Positions 12,893 to 25,326 of a stretch of DNA of 64,000 nt are shown here, in pieces (the first letter of the stretch is position 1; each line of letters starts with the position of its first letter). The position numbers were made by a program, and so were the translations under genes. The notes beneath the pieces were generated by a model. The model saw only the letters and a list, made by a program, of their open reading frames with translations, searched no databases and had not been told where the DNA came from. This stretch comes from Dimorphilus gyrociliatus (taxonomy: Eukaryota > Animalia > Annelida): NCBI GenBank assembly GCA_904063045.1, contig CAJFCJ010000058.1:1-64000 (forward strand), given 5' to 3'.

Positions 12893-13975
12893 ATATACAG
12901 TATAGGCAAAAAGTCCCAAGCCACCTTGTAAAATTTTTAGTTTAGATATTAAGATATACTGAATAACTACTTTTAATTGGTAATAATAATTATTAATATG
13001 TAGAAACTAATATCCTTTACAAAAAATGATCCAAAAATTGTTTTTCTTTTATAAAGTTCAGTTTTAGTAATTATACCTCGAAAAAAGGGGTTAGTTAAAA
13101 ATGAGTCACCATCTATTTAATTAAATATTTTATGTTAAATCTACCTTAGGACACTGTTTTACAATTGATATACATGAATTATTATAATATTTTATGAAAA
13201 TATAGTAATAATACTTTTAAACCTTTGTAATACTTGGTGTGACCACCCTTATTGAAAAGACACAGCTGTAGCCTATTTCTAAAACTATTAAACAATTTTT
13301 CAACATATTCAGTTGGAATATTGTCAAATTCTTGCTATTTTCAATGGGAAATAGGTCAGGGCCCTGGGCTGGCCAGTCTTGCAAGTGCCTTATGTTCTTT
13401 TCATTTAGATACCTTAAGGTACTCCTAGATGTATGGCATGGAGCACCATCCTGCATGAATACATGGTCCCTATTGTAATTCTCTAGAAAAGATTTATCAA
13501 GAATTTCTTGATATTTCTCTAAATTTAAATTACTTTTATATAAATGTATACCTCTGCTGCCATCACTTTTTATAAAAACCCCATATATTTAGGGAACCAT
13601 TTGCCTCTTTAGAAGTTTTTATTGCATATTTTGCCTTATATCTTTTAGCTGGATGCCTTCTGACAAACTGCCTGTGTTTTGGATATAAATCTATCCTCTT
13701 CTCATGTAAAAACACAATTGAATTAATTTGATCTTTGTTCCAAGAGAGGAGTCTTTTACAAAACCTTCTCCTATTTGACAAGTGTCTTTTTTTTAATACG
13801 GGCTTTTTTGCTGCAACATAGCCTCTACGTAAAATACACAAATTTGCAGGTTAAAGTGCCTAGAACTTTAATAATAACAAGATTAATTCCCATTCCCTCT
13901 TCGCTGGCAACTTTAACCCAAGCCATGACTTGTAATTCATTCGAATTAGCTTCAATAGCTAAAAAACAAGAATGA
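12893..13975 (-). mobile_element. Degenerate Tc1-like element with one TIR
   Basis: TA-CAGTATAGGCAAAAAGTCCCAAGCCACC at 12893 (Tc1-type terminus; partial duplicate at 12756); ORFs with QDGAPCHTS, DWPAQGPDLFPIEN, AAKKPVLKKRH, LNIWG. Confidence 0.85.
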
Positions 13976-15932
13976 GATAGAAATAGTAGAATAAGATTTT
14001 AAGAAAGTTAAAACTTACTGGGAAATAAGAAGGAAAAAAAGAGCAAGTAGTCTTGTATAGATTTCATTTTTACTCAACCTGAGATAATTTCAATGCGTTT
14101 ATATCACTATAACATGACTAACAGAAATGGATGTCAAAAATTTTAAAATTCTTAAGAGAATATAATCTTTAGCAATAAATATTTTAAAATGAATAAAGAA
14201 TCATTCAAACATTTCCAATTTACAATTTAACTTGTGTTGGTTAAGTAGAGTAGTTAAAAGAAAAAGACTATATTGCCTCTGTTCTTTCCCTTTCCCTTCT
14301 ACACTCCTCCCAAACCAATACACTACAATTCAAAAATTATTCTGATTCTGTTTTGCATAAATTTGAATTTTCAAATTTTAGATTATTCATTATCTTCAAA
14401 ATATAAAAAAGTATATTTACTTGATATTAACATCATATGTAATCAGACTATGATAAAATGTTATTATTTTGGATTATTGCCAACAAAAAACAATGAGTCA
14501 AAATATCTTGTATAAAAGTGATTGAAAAGTGAAAGATCTTTTTATTAGTTCAAGTTGCCATAAAAAAAAAATAACAATGAAATTTTCTTATTCTGCAACT
14601 TTTCAAAACAATGGACCTCAATCTGATTTTATATCATTTTCTTCTGATAGTGGATATGTATCTCTATCAGCAAGAGAGCATCCTTTTCTGTGTTAAAAGG
14701 TTAGGAGTAGATTAGACTTTGGGCTGTGGTATCCACAATTTTAATAATCATCATCATCCTAAACAACTACTTTTTTCCCCTTCCAGATGGTAGTAGTTTA
14801 GATAATTTGACATTTAAAATATCTCCTTCCGATACGGAACTGTATTTAATAATTTTAATCCCGCATGGAACAATAAATATTTATAATACTCAACTGATAA
14901 AGTGTTTGTAAGAATTGGGGATAGGATATAAAACCCGAAAGATTGGGAAGTAAGAACACAGGGAACGCTTGGTGTTCAAATGGTTTATTGTTTATTTAAT
15001 AATTTTAAAATAATTAATTATTAATCTTATCATATCTCTTTCTTTAAAGATCGTTAAGGAGTAATCTGCTACAATTGTTCAAGTTTATCAAACAAGGAAT
15101 ACGGGGAAAGTTCCATTGTCAATTTGTCAAGGTTTATACTGCTATCACCAAGCAATGCTAACAAACAGTAAGAGTCTTTCTAAACAGTTAAAAAAAGATA
15201 GTATCCTTCCTATTCAATTTTTCAGATAAAACTATAATATTTAAAGGTTATGTAGACTGTCCTTCTCCTCTTACATACAAGACTATAATGAAAGAGAGCT
15301 CAAAAACAACAATTTGCTTTTGCAAAGCAACAAAATGTAATGGAGGAAAGTAAAATGAAAAGAAAAGACCACAACTAGACCTTTCAATAATAGTTCCAAG
15401 CGAATTAGACCATTTTTTTATTTGCTTTTTTACCTCTGTCTCTCTCATTCACTTATCAATTATTCTATCAATATATGAATTTCTAGTACTGTGAGGCGAT
15501 TTCAATAATATTCTAAAAATTTCTATTTTCAATCAAAGTCATGGTATGACAAACATTCTAAACATATAGTATAAAGTAGAGGATATGGGCGTCACCTGTC
15601 GCCTTAGGTAAACAATTCTGCTAGCAACGGCATTGATTTTTAACACAAAACTAATATTTTTAAATTCTGTGGTGACACCTGGTGGCCATTGTAACTACCC
15701 TGGAACATATTGAAGAGATTAACGAAAGGTATTTGTCGAGTGGTTAGAAGTTTAATTGAAAAAATTTAGTTCACGTGATCAAAATCTCTACAAAAATGTC
15801 TTATGAAATAAAAGTGTAACCCTGTGTGAAAAACGAACTGGCTAGCAATAAACGTCAATTTTATTATAGTTTTAAAAGCTGTTTGTTGTATTCTATAGGC
15901 TAAAATCCTAAATACAAAGGAAAAGATGGCTT

Positions 15933-16823
15933 TTAAGTTCTTCTTTTAAGATTAATAGTATACGTTATGATGGCGTATAACTCTGGACAGCAAGAATACT
16001 TTTTCTCTGTACGAACAACATTACTACTAACAACTTCAAAGTCGTTAGTTTCGTAATATTCCAGATCGAGACTATCACTGCCCAATAAAACGTTTATCTC
16101 ATTTTTATTATAAGTCCAAGATCCAAAGCTTATAGAACAGACATATTCACCATTTTTATCTTTGGGACAGCGGACCTGTTAATGGTGTTTTTTCTTTTTA
16201 GCATTTCATTATTTCTTATAGAATGTTACACTTACAGCATATTTCTTTGAAGGTATTACAAGAACCTGACCATTTGGGTATAGACAAGCCAAAGGTTTGA
16301 TTACATACTGTTCAGGATCCAGTCTATATTTGAACATGCAAGCAGTTGTACAAAGCTAGAAAAAAAAATTAGACTGGTTACTTACACATTGTAGGCAACT
16401 AAATCAGGCGTCCAAATAATATCGAGTGGAAGGTGAAATTCATGAAATTTATTAGATTTCCATGTTAATCCAGGATCTGTCCAATTCCTTTTGGAATAAT
16501 AATATTTTTTAATGTAATTAGGTCAAATGTATTTAAATAAAAAATACCATTTTTGGCCAGGCAACAAGATGAAATATGCCGTTATTCTCCGAAGCAATAT
16601 TTACAAGAGATAATGCAAAACTAATATTCAATCCATCAGTCTCCGGTTTTGATTTTAGATCTACATCCTTCAAAACTGTATTTAAAGATTCACGATAGCA
16701 ATTTCTAAAATGACGCTTTAAAATTATTAATATGACATACATAATAGAAAAAACTTACTCAGCTTTTGCATAAGCAAAGAAGATAAGAAGAGAAATAAGA
16801 GCAATCTGACAGGAGAAATTCAT
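15933..16823 (-). CDS. Acetylcholine-binding protein (AChBP)-like soluble Cys-loop ligand-binding domain, 5 exons (16823-16759, 16704-16548, about 16486-16386, 16323-16236, 16175-15933)
   Basis: Signal peptide MNFSCQIALISLLIFFAYAKA; WTDPGLTW; IWTPDLVAYN; LACLYPNGQVLVIPS; CPKDKNGEYVCSISFGSWTY; EKKYSCCPELY; ends INLKRRT-stop with no TM segments; AATAAA at 15865-15860; exon 2/3 junction has 1 extra nt (G at 16487). Confidence 0.85.
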
Positions 16824-17155
16824 TCTTTCCTTTTCCGAGAGCTAGTGGTGCAATAAGGAAAGTATTCCCTGCTTATATATACATACACACACATACACTG
16901 TGGACAAAAATTAGTTCTATGTTTAAACTAGCAAATATGCCTTTCCTACTCTCTTTCTCTTTTTATTTGGGTTTCAGTCTACAGACAATATGACTTGGAG
17001 GTGGACAGATAATTTGTATAGTAGGCCTATTTATGTTATAGTTGGATTTTGAAGGTCAATTGAAAATAGTTAATATATTACTAATATACTATATTATACG
17101 AGGAGTGAGCTGGGTGGTAGAATAAGGTGTTCAAAAGATTCTTAGTAATGATTAA

Positions 17156-17455
17156 TCAGTACGGATAACTTTTCAAAAATTCCTTATTTTTTAATAAATG
17201 TATTGATTGATTGAAAATATAGAACTTGACGGAAAGGGGGAAATTTATAATCTGTCTACAATATATTATATAATTTACCAAGTATACTACAATCTTATAG
17301 CAAGTATACTTGAACACTTCAAGCCAAAATAAGATGTTTTGAATATTATATTCAATACGCGACCTATGGTTATTATCAAGTAGGAGCAATAGATTCGATT
17401 GGCCATTTCTAGGTGATTTTGACAAAGCCTTATTAGTACAGAAACGCAATTGCAT
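17156..17455 (-). other. Possible terminal exon or remnant of a membrane protein
   Basis: 99-aa ORF with hydrophobic stretch LFWLEVF..IVVYLVNYIIY..IINFPLSV; no clear family. Confidence 0.25.
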
Positions 17456-17778
17456 GGACCAATCTAATTTGGTCTTCTATTCTTTATGATCAACGATATA
17501 AACGAAAGTTGTACATTAAGAATAATATAAATGTATTCTAAAATAACACTAGACCTGTTCACAAAGAGGATTTATTCAGGACTACCTACTCCCTGCTTTT
17601 TATATAATTCTCTATCAGTTGTTTATGCATTAGGTGTCAACAACAAATGCCTAATTCCTATATAAGGATTCTTGACAAGAAGTAGGGTCCAGGGTTTTCC
17701 AAGTAAAATATCAGTGATGAAACAACAACAGGTTTGTGTTGGTAAACCCTTAAATGCTAATTGCTACAATATGTTTTT

Positions 17779-18600
17779 GTTTCAAAATGACGTCGAATTG
17801 GGCAACACAGAAGGAATTTCCCTGGTTGGGTGTAAAATTTTATGTATATAAAAAATTTAACAGATTTGGAAGTACTGGAACAATTAATTCAAATTTTTAA
17901 TCATTATGGACCTAAAAATGGAATTTGCAGCAAGTCATGGACATCAAAGAAAGGTTGAGAAAATCAACAAAAATGTGTCCATTTTTGGTTTCATTTTATA
18001 GATGAACCTGTCAATCCAAAAAGATGCTGTCTAAACTTGAATAAAAATGTGGTTCTTATTCAACAACGGCAGTTGAATGTTAGTTGTTGTTATCTAAATG
18101 AAAAGTGTTTCTATCACAATACAGCAATGACTGGATTTTTACGAATAAAAAAGAATTCAAATTTTCAAACATTCTATGATATTTTTATTTCTATAAATGT
18201 TAAAGAATGTACAAGACACTGTCTATCATCTTCTCAATGTAGATACTCTAAATACGATTTTAATGGAACTTTGTACTCTTAACAAAGATATTTTCAATGC
18301 TCAAACTGATTCAGAAACCATATCTTCATATGATATGATGAAATTGGTTCTTCTCCATGTAATTCCTTTAATACAGACTGTTTAGCAATAGTCAATGGCC
18401 ATCTGTTTCTACAATTAGTTTAAACTTTAAGCTAAGAATTTTTGGTGAAAATCTTCATAAATGTATTGATTTAAAGAATAGTCTTCCACCCGTTGGAGTT
18501 TTAGCCTATGTTCCATTGGATTATCAGAATAATCCTATTTTTATAGGAACTTTTGCAGTTGTCAAATGGACTATTGCCAATCAGTCCATATTGAAGGAAT
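17779..18600 (+). pseudogene. Deleted, frameshifted paralog of the PAN/trefoil gene at 1729-3238
   Basis: Long colinear nucleotide matches (e.g. ggaagtactggaacaattaattca, aatgttaaagaatgtacaagacactgtctatc, ccacccgttggagttttagcctat); lacks counterparts of about 2620-2930 and about 3087-3135; contains stops. Confidence 0.9.
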
Positions 18601-19532
18601 TGCATTCGTGAAACATAGTTTACCAGTATATGTTTTTTCTATAAACGTATAAAATTTTTGCCGTGGGTTATAAGGAAAATATTTTATAATTATTATTACC
18701 AATATACCGGTTTTGGACATCAAGAATACCTGATTTTTGTTCTCTTTCAATCAGATAATTTCAATGAAGATTATTTACCAGTTCCGTTTGAGTCAAATGG
18801 GAAAATATAGAGAGAAAAAGTTGAAAATTTGTTCATAGTCTTAGGAAATACTTTAAATAGATTACGAATTGGTGGTATAAAATTTCATATTCAAATCAGT
18901 TATATTTTTCTGTAATAGCTGTCTATCTGAGTGCTTGTTGCATTCTTATCTTTAGAAAGCATACGAATATTTAAAGGCAACTTTGAATAGTCATTAAACT
19001 CTCCAATACAATTATGAATGTGTGAATGGGCACAAAGCAGTAATTGGGTGAAATCATACCTGATTGAAACTGTGCTTAAGCATTTAGTAAGAGAAAAGAA
19101 AAAAATATGTAGGGTACAAGGCAGTTGAAGATAGATATGGTATGTTTATAATAGTTTGTGTCAAAAACAGCTTAATAATGTCAAGGTAAAAACAAATTTA
19201 ATTTTTACAAAAAAACTACAAGGGCCACCGGTAACTCTAGTCAATTTCCTTAGGCCTATTGAATTTGTCGTTTTTTTTGTCAAGTGTCACACATGACATT
19301 AATATTTCAAATGCTATTTCAACAATCGGACTCTTATGGCTGAGAGTTAAATCTCTCTTTCGGTAGATAAGAGTTGGACGATTCCTTTAGTAGTAGATCA
19401 TTTTTATCCGGAGTATTCTGATGCAACATTTCAACAATCGAATAGAATTTAGGTTCTTTGTATTTCTTGACAGTTTTCTTCCAGATTTTACACTTAATTT
19501 TGCATCCAAAAACTTATGATAAAATATTTTTA

Positions 19533-20769
19533 TTATATTTTTGGTTGTTTATGAAAAGAATGTAATTTGTTGTTTGAAGACCTACCGCATTGAATGATGA
19601 TACAGATCACAACAACACCTGGTATTGTCGCCGAGATTAGATAAGAATAATTGCAGTTTCTTATCATCTTCCTCGTATTTTCGCAAAAGTCAATGTAAAT
19701 ATTATAGAATAAAATATCAATTAAAAATTTTAATGGTATTAATGCCATAATTTGAATATATTCAAGTGCAAATATCACGTGATGATATGATTGTGTGAGA
19801 GACATGTAAATCAAACAAATAGCTCCAAGTGCATTCTTGACCCAGTGGATAAAGATAACATTCATATTGAAAATATTATCGTAGTGTCTGTGTTTTCAAA
19901 AATTCAAAGAGTAAATTAAAATAAAATACAAACCGAAATCTATCAATACAAACTTCCTGTTTCCCACCGGAAGCCAATAAGTTTGACACTTGGTATGAAT
20001 TTATTTCTTCATTGGTCGCATTATTTACATATTTAACATAGTCTAATATCGGCTCCAACAGGTACATTGTTGTTGATACATACATCAGAATATACAAGAA
20101 ATTGAAAAAAAAAACGAATAGGCCTAAACTATTGGATTTAATACTCAAAAATACATGAATTCGAAAGTAGAAATACAAGAATATAGCCAAGGTGATAGGT
20201 TTGTACGACATTCGAATTTGCATATATTATGCAAATCTATGGTATTATATAATCCTCTTCCGTAAAATATCAATACTGCAGCAAGAATAAAATAACAGAA
20301 TGAATTGACTGCATAGCAAATTGATGATTCATTGATTACTTTGAATTCTTTCCTCTCTAGTCCGCTATTCTTTATATAAGTATTGATTTCGTATATGGTA
20401 AATAATGTAATTAAACTAAAATTTATAAATATCAGTACAATTTCCATCTTTTTGCTGAAAGAAATCATATTTTGAATGAATGAATACAAAAATTGAATAT
20501 TAGACATTTTTCCCTCTCTCTCTCTTCACTTACTTTGAAATTTCACTTTCAACACAAATGTAATCATTTGATGATATATTTTCAAAATTATGAATATTCT
20601 TTAAATTTACAACTGACGAACCATTGTAAACTTTAAAACCAATTGATTTTGGGAAAGATTTCAAATAGAATTGTATAAAACAAATGTTAATTATAATAAA
20701 GGTCATTGCGCAATAACTCAATACTAAGTTGTTTATTTTCTGATTCAAAAATCTTTTTAAAATAGTCAT
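19533..20769 (-). pseudogene. Multi-pass membrane protein gene, unassigned, with at least one frameshift
   Basis: Four consecutive hydrophobic ORFs; clean gtaagt...ttcag intron between 20530 and about 20455; overlapping ORFs at 20145-20223 imply a frameshift. Confidence 0.5.
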
Positions 20770-21560
20770 TTTTTCATTTCGTCTATCCGTTTACTCTTTG
20801 AATGGTGGATATCAAATATTCTCTTTTCAATTTTATTTTATATATATAGATATATAGACATGTTAGTTGTCATTCTAAAGGAATATAGAATTAGCCTACT
20901 TGCTAATTTAAGTCGTACCTTTAAAAACCAAAAGTTGGTTTTTCTGTTTACTCTTTCTTACAGTAGAAACTGTTCAGTAACTAAATTCATTTATTTTACT
21001 GTTCAAACATTCTGTTTAATGAATTGACGATTTTTACCCTTAGAAAGTCAGAAATACATTCCAAACATTTTTCTAAATCTAACTAACTAGGCATCTCTTC
21101 AGGCAAATTCTTTCATTATTCCTGTTTCATAATCCCCTAGAGGTAAGCTTGCATCCTATCCTTATCTGTTGTAAAAACAGTTGTGATGGGCCTAAGGATG
21201 AGATAAATAGAGCCAGTTTTCCGGCTGTATTATTAAAAAATAAATTCTAATAAAAATTCTACTTAATAAAATTTTAAAAGTTGAATTGTGTACCAGTTTA
21301 TTTTTAACTGTTAAACATGTATTGTAAAGACTTTTTAGATAGTTTTTTAAAGTTATATAATGAAAGACCAAGAAATTCGTTCACAGCGCCATCTGGTAGT
21401 ATAGGATAAAAATTTAGGAACTAAATTAGTAATAAAGGCAATTACAATTTTTGAGGATATTAGCCATAGTATCAAAATAATCTGGATTATGATTGTCCTG
21501 TAGCTCGCTCTTTCTGTTGGATTATCCCTAATCCTCCTTTGAAAAACCATTGTTTAAAAA

Positions 21561-22664
21561 TTAATAAAGAAACCTTTGATTCGGTTTTTCTTGCGATATC
21601 TTCTTTTGCCAAGATAGCCAGATTGTTCTAAAGAGTTGATGTTCAGTTAGAGGATTTGTATTAAGAGCAATAATCCTGAAAATAAAAACTCCATCTCTAC
21701 CTAAATATCGTTGAAATTTCTTTATTTTATCTTCGTCCTCCAGTTTAATATGCTTATTAATATAATCATATGAGTTAGTTAATGATTTAATTAACCATTT
21801 AGCTGTTGAAATTGCCTGCAAAATTAATAAAAAAACAATCCAAAACCATAGAAAAATGAACATTTTTTCATTGAATAAATTAATAGAAAGAACACATTGA
21901 ACAGTATAAGGATGAACGTTCCCTAATCTTCTTATCTTTAAATCGCACAGCGTAACTTTTGGAAATCTTGGAGAATTCGGTTCGTTACCATTCCACAATT
22001 GTCTTATAATTTCAAATCCGTATAGATTGTATTTATAACCCAGAAAAAGGTTCATAAGGAACATTTGCCCTAAACCATCAATAAAGTACAATATCTTAAC
22101 AATGATATAGAGAACAGTTAGATAACTTTTACTCTTCTCTTTGCACAAACAGCAGAATGAAAAAACTCTATTACAGGAAATTGCCTTTTTCCTGATCAAT
22201 AATTCTTCTTGAGCATCAAGATATCTTTTCAATTGTTCAGCTTGTAATTCATTATCATTCTCTTGAACTAAAGATTGAATATCTATACCGGATTTAGAAT
22301 TCATCATCCTCCAAACGATAACTGGTAAATAGAATATTAGAGCTGAGAGTAAAAATATAATAGGTATCCACTGATAATAGGATATTTCGTTTGTCTTCTC
22401 CGCCGGTAATCTTTTATCAAAGTCAATATAATACGTATTTTTTACCCAACAATAGCTATTTGTATATTCTAACCAACCGTCGGAAAAATGAGCGGGAACC
22501 CAGCAATGTATTGGATCACCAACAAATTGGGACGTTGATACAACAATGGCAAAAGCGGCTAGCATCGTTGTTGTATATTTATGGAAGAGTCTATCGATTG
22601 AATCGTCATCGTAATGACTCTTAAGGTTTGGTATTGAACCAAAAACTGACAAGATTTTATCCAT
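21561..22664 (-). CDS. inx: Innexin (gap junction/pannexin family), intronless CDS
   Basis: DRLFHKYT, QFVGDPIHCWVP, YTNSYCW, YYQWIP, FPKVTLCD, QCVLSINLFNEKMFIFLWFW: diagnostic innexin motifs, 4 TM. Confidence 0.97.
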   Translation of the reverse strand: MDKILSVFGSIPNLKSHYDDDSIDRLFHKYTTTMLAAFAIVVSTSQFVGDPIHCWVPAHFSDGWLEYTNSYCWVKNTYYIDFDKRLPAEKTNEISYYQWIPIIFLLSALIFYLPVIVWRMMNSKSGIDIQSLVQENDNELQAEQLKRYLDAQEELLIRKKAISCNRVFSFCCLCKEKSKSYLTVLYIIVKILYFIDGLGQMFLMNLFLGYKYNLYGFEIIRQLWNGNEPNSPRFPKVTLCDLKIRRLGNVHPYTVQCVLSINLFNEKMFIFLWFWIVFLLILQAISTAKWLIKSLTNSYDYINKHIKLEDEDKIKKFQRYLGRDGVFIFRIIALNTNPLTEHQLFRTIWLSWQKKISQEKPNQRFLY

Positions 22665-23204
22665 TGCACAGGAATTCTAACAAATTGAGGCTAGATTGTT
22701 CAAACCTTCCCAAAACACCAAAATTTACAGCCAAATGGGGAATAAGCAATAGTCCTGCCGGAAGTGCATCAAGTAAACTAATTGGTTTGGTATTTTCTCA
22801 AAATCTTTATTGTTGGCGATAAATCTGTCAATATTAATAATTTTGCATATTTGAATAAACTCTTCATAGCGTCGTAAACAATTGAATCATTATTCAAAAA
22901 AATCATCAGTTTTTAACTCGTAACATCAAACTTCATCAATTGACAAATAAATTTCCATTTGAAGTTGTGTATCTCACTTCTCCGTTTGAAAATTGATCGT
23001 ATTTAAAAATGTTTCTAACGTGTGAAAATCCCCTTAGTATAGGCCGGAAGTTGGATATTTTCTCCTCCACTCAAATAGTTATGATATACTATATAATTCA
23101 AACACGAACTATTTATGATGAAGAAGCGTTTTATCTTATCATCAAGATATCCTTATCAATTCATAAATACTCAATGAGACAAAAGTCTACTTTATTCGAC
23201 TGTT

Positions 23205-23351
23205 AGGAATTTCGTGTCTTGTCCCCACTTGTGATAGTTCCGGAGTTGCTATCTAATTTGTGCTTAGGAAGCTCTCATCTGAGGGTTGTGGGAAAGGAAA
23301 AAGGTTAGGCAGAAACACGAGCTGGGTTATTGGACATTTTCTGTCGCATCT
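23205..23351. mobile_element. Diverged, partial TTAGGG-MITE family member
   Basis: cttaggaagctctcatctgagggtt...aaaaggttaggc...ttttctgtcgcatctc resembles the family core and end. Confidence 0.5.
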
Positions 23352-23715
23352 CAGTAGTAACTACTATTATATAAACAACATCTTATTATATCTTACAATA
23401 GATTGTCTTTAGCGCCATCTTGTGTCTGAAAATTTAACTATTCTTCAAAAATACATATTGTAGATTATCATAGTCATATTATTCTTATCAGTGGAAACAT
23501 AATATGATTGAATAGTCTTAACTTAAAACTCAATTAATGATTATCTAGTGAAATTTGTATTAAGGAATTTTCTCTACTAGTATGGTATGTAGAGGGCGTT
23601 GCTGTTAATCATAAGTAAGAAGATTTCATCAACAAAACATCTCACCGCATTCAAAAATTAATCACATGATCAACTGATATGATATTTATTCTAAAACTAA
23701 AGAGATATTAACATC

Positions 23716-25326
23716 TCACAAAACATCGAACATTTCGTATATAACCGATACGGAATTCGAAAGTCCGCTGCAAATGTGCAAATCATTTTCAATTTTATCA
23801 TTAAATGACAAATCAATTGTTTCTAGTTTGTCAAATTTCATCAAAATAGTTTTAATTTTTTTCCAATTTTTTTCAGTTAAATTACAATTCGAAATTAAAA
23901 TTTTCTTTAAAGTTTTAGATGATTTTTCCAAAGATTTAATTACAGCTGACAAACCTTTTCCCATCCCAGTATTATATGAAAGGTCAATTATTTCAAGATT
24001 AGAACATGACCCCAAAAAAGTCTCCAAAGAGGGGCAGGCAGTTTTAGCTATATTACAATTGGATAGATTAATTTCCTTCAAAGTTGTCGCTGAGCTGGAA
24101 AAACCATTCAAAAAACTAAATAATCCGTTTGCAATATTTTTATTTTTCTTTAAATTTATTACTTCAAGATTACCGAATTTTATGGTTTGAATTTCAAAAA
24201 ATTCCCAATTTTTCCATTTCAAACCACAGTTAGAAAAATTCAAATCCCTTAGCGTATCTGATGCTTTTTCCAGTCCATTGCAGATTCTTTGAATTCCATT
24301 ACCTAGTCTATTATTATTAGATATGTCAAATAATTCAATATGGCAACATTTGTGTAATAATTTTTCAATAGGTTTACAGAGTTTCTCCGTTAAATCACAA
24401 TTTGAAAAATTAACTTCTTTCAGCGGGTATGATGATTGTTCAAGTTGTTGACAAACAATTGACCAATCACCTTTCTTCAAAATATTATATGATAAATCAA
24501 TTTTCTCCATATTTGTTCTCTTTCGTAGAAATGTAATAATATAGCTTGGATCACCTGTATCTTTAGTGTTATTTGTGAAAGGTTTCAAAGTCAACGATTG
24601 TTCATTGTTAGTATGGTTTGCATAATCTATTTCTTGTAGTTGATAGTCAACTTTGGGATTTTGAAGTATGGTTAGCTGTAGTTTGTTTTTCGAAAAATTT
24701 TCTAAATATTCCAATAAATTCTGCTGTTTGGTGTTATCTTTTAAAAGATTCATTAAAGAATCCTTTCTCTGCTTGCTTAAATTTTCAGAAACTTGTCTAA
24801 TCATTTGGAAATCATTTTGAATTTTCAACAAATAACCTTTTTCAGTTCCTTCAATTTCACTTAAAAGTTCTTTTTGATTATTCTCTTCAATTTTTAAATA
24901 AGAAATTATCAATTCCTTGTTTTTCAATTGTTTTTTCATAGTTGAAATTTGACATTGCGAATGATCTTCGTCAAAGCATATATTGCATAGATTTTCAATA
25001 TTGTGACTTGCACAAAACAATGTAGAAAGTTGTTTATGTTTTTCACAAAATTTTCCATCCAAAGGTAATCTATTAAGAGATTTGGAGAGATAATTTTTAG
25101 GTAATTTTACTACACTCTCCTTGGATACTGCATGAAATACTTTGCAATTAGGACATGTTAATCCTATTCTAGAAATTAATTTTATATTATAGTTTAGTTT
25201 CAGCAAACACTGCAGGCAGAATGTATGTTGACAAGGAAGTACTCTATGGTCTTTATCTACCCAAGAATCCGAGCACAAGGAACATTTAAGACTTTGTTCG
25301 TCAATAAAATATCCACCAGTAGCCAT
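23716..25326 (-). CDS. RING - B-box - coiled coil - LRR (RNI-like) protein (TRIM-like), intronless
   Basis: Likely start MATGG at 25326; C3HC4 RING (CSLC..LPCQHTFCLQC..CPNC), B-box (CEKH..FCASH..LCNIC..H..C), coiled region, about 57-aa paired LRR units. Confidence 0.9.
   Translation of the reverse strand: MATGGYFIDEQSLKCSLCSDSWVDKDHRVLPCQHTFCLQCLLKLNYNIKLISRIGLTCPNCKVFHAVSKESVVKLPKNYLSKSLNRLPLDGKFCEKHKQLSTLFCASHNIENLCNICFDEDHSQCQISTMKKQLKNKELIISYLKIEENNQKELLSEIEGTEKGYLLKIQNDFQMIRQVSENLSKQRKDSLMNLLKDNTKQQNLLEYLENFSKNKLQLTILQNPKVDYQLQEIDYANHTNNEQSLTLKPFTNNTKDTGDPSYIITFLRKRTNMEKIDLSYNILKKGDWSIVCQQLEQSSYPLKEVNFSNCDLTEKLCKPIEKLLHKCCHIELFDISNNNRLGNGIQRICNGLEKASDTLRDLNFSNCGLKWKNWEFFEIQTIKFGNLEVINLKKNKNIANGLFSFLNGFSSSATTLKEINLSNCNIAKTACPSLETFLGSCSNLEIIDLSYNTGMGKGLSAVIKSLEKSSKTLKKILISNCNLTEKNWKKIKTILMKFDKLETIDLSFNDKIENDLHICSGLSNSVSVIYEMFDVL

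Noticed and set aside
14700-15200. Possible Penelope/RT remnant (FVRIGDRI...)
   Set aside because: Only a vague resemblance; no YxDD motif or sustained frame found
19533-20769. Firm otopetrin or chemoreceptor call
   Set aside because: Resemblance too weak to name; kept as an unassigned membrane protein
22391-22822. Short antisense or overlapping ORFs (also 8225-8722, 23774-24190, 24618-24800, 49194-49481, 54364-54555, 59007-59201, 5127-5688, 6152-6421)
   Set aside because: Shadow ORFs opposite real genes or transposases, with no independent motifs
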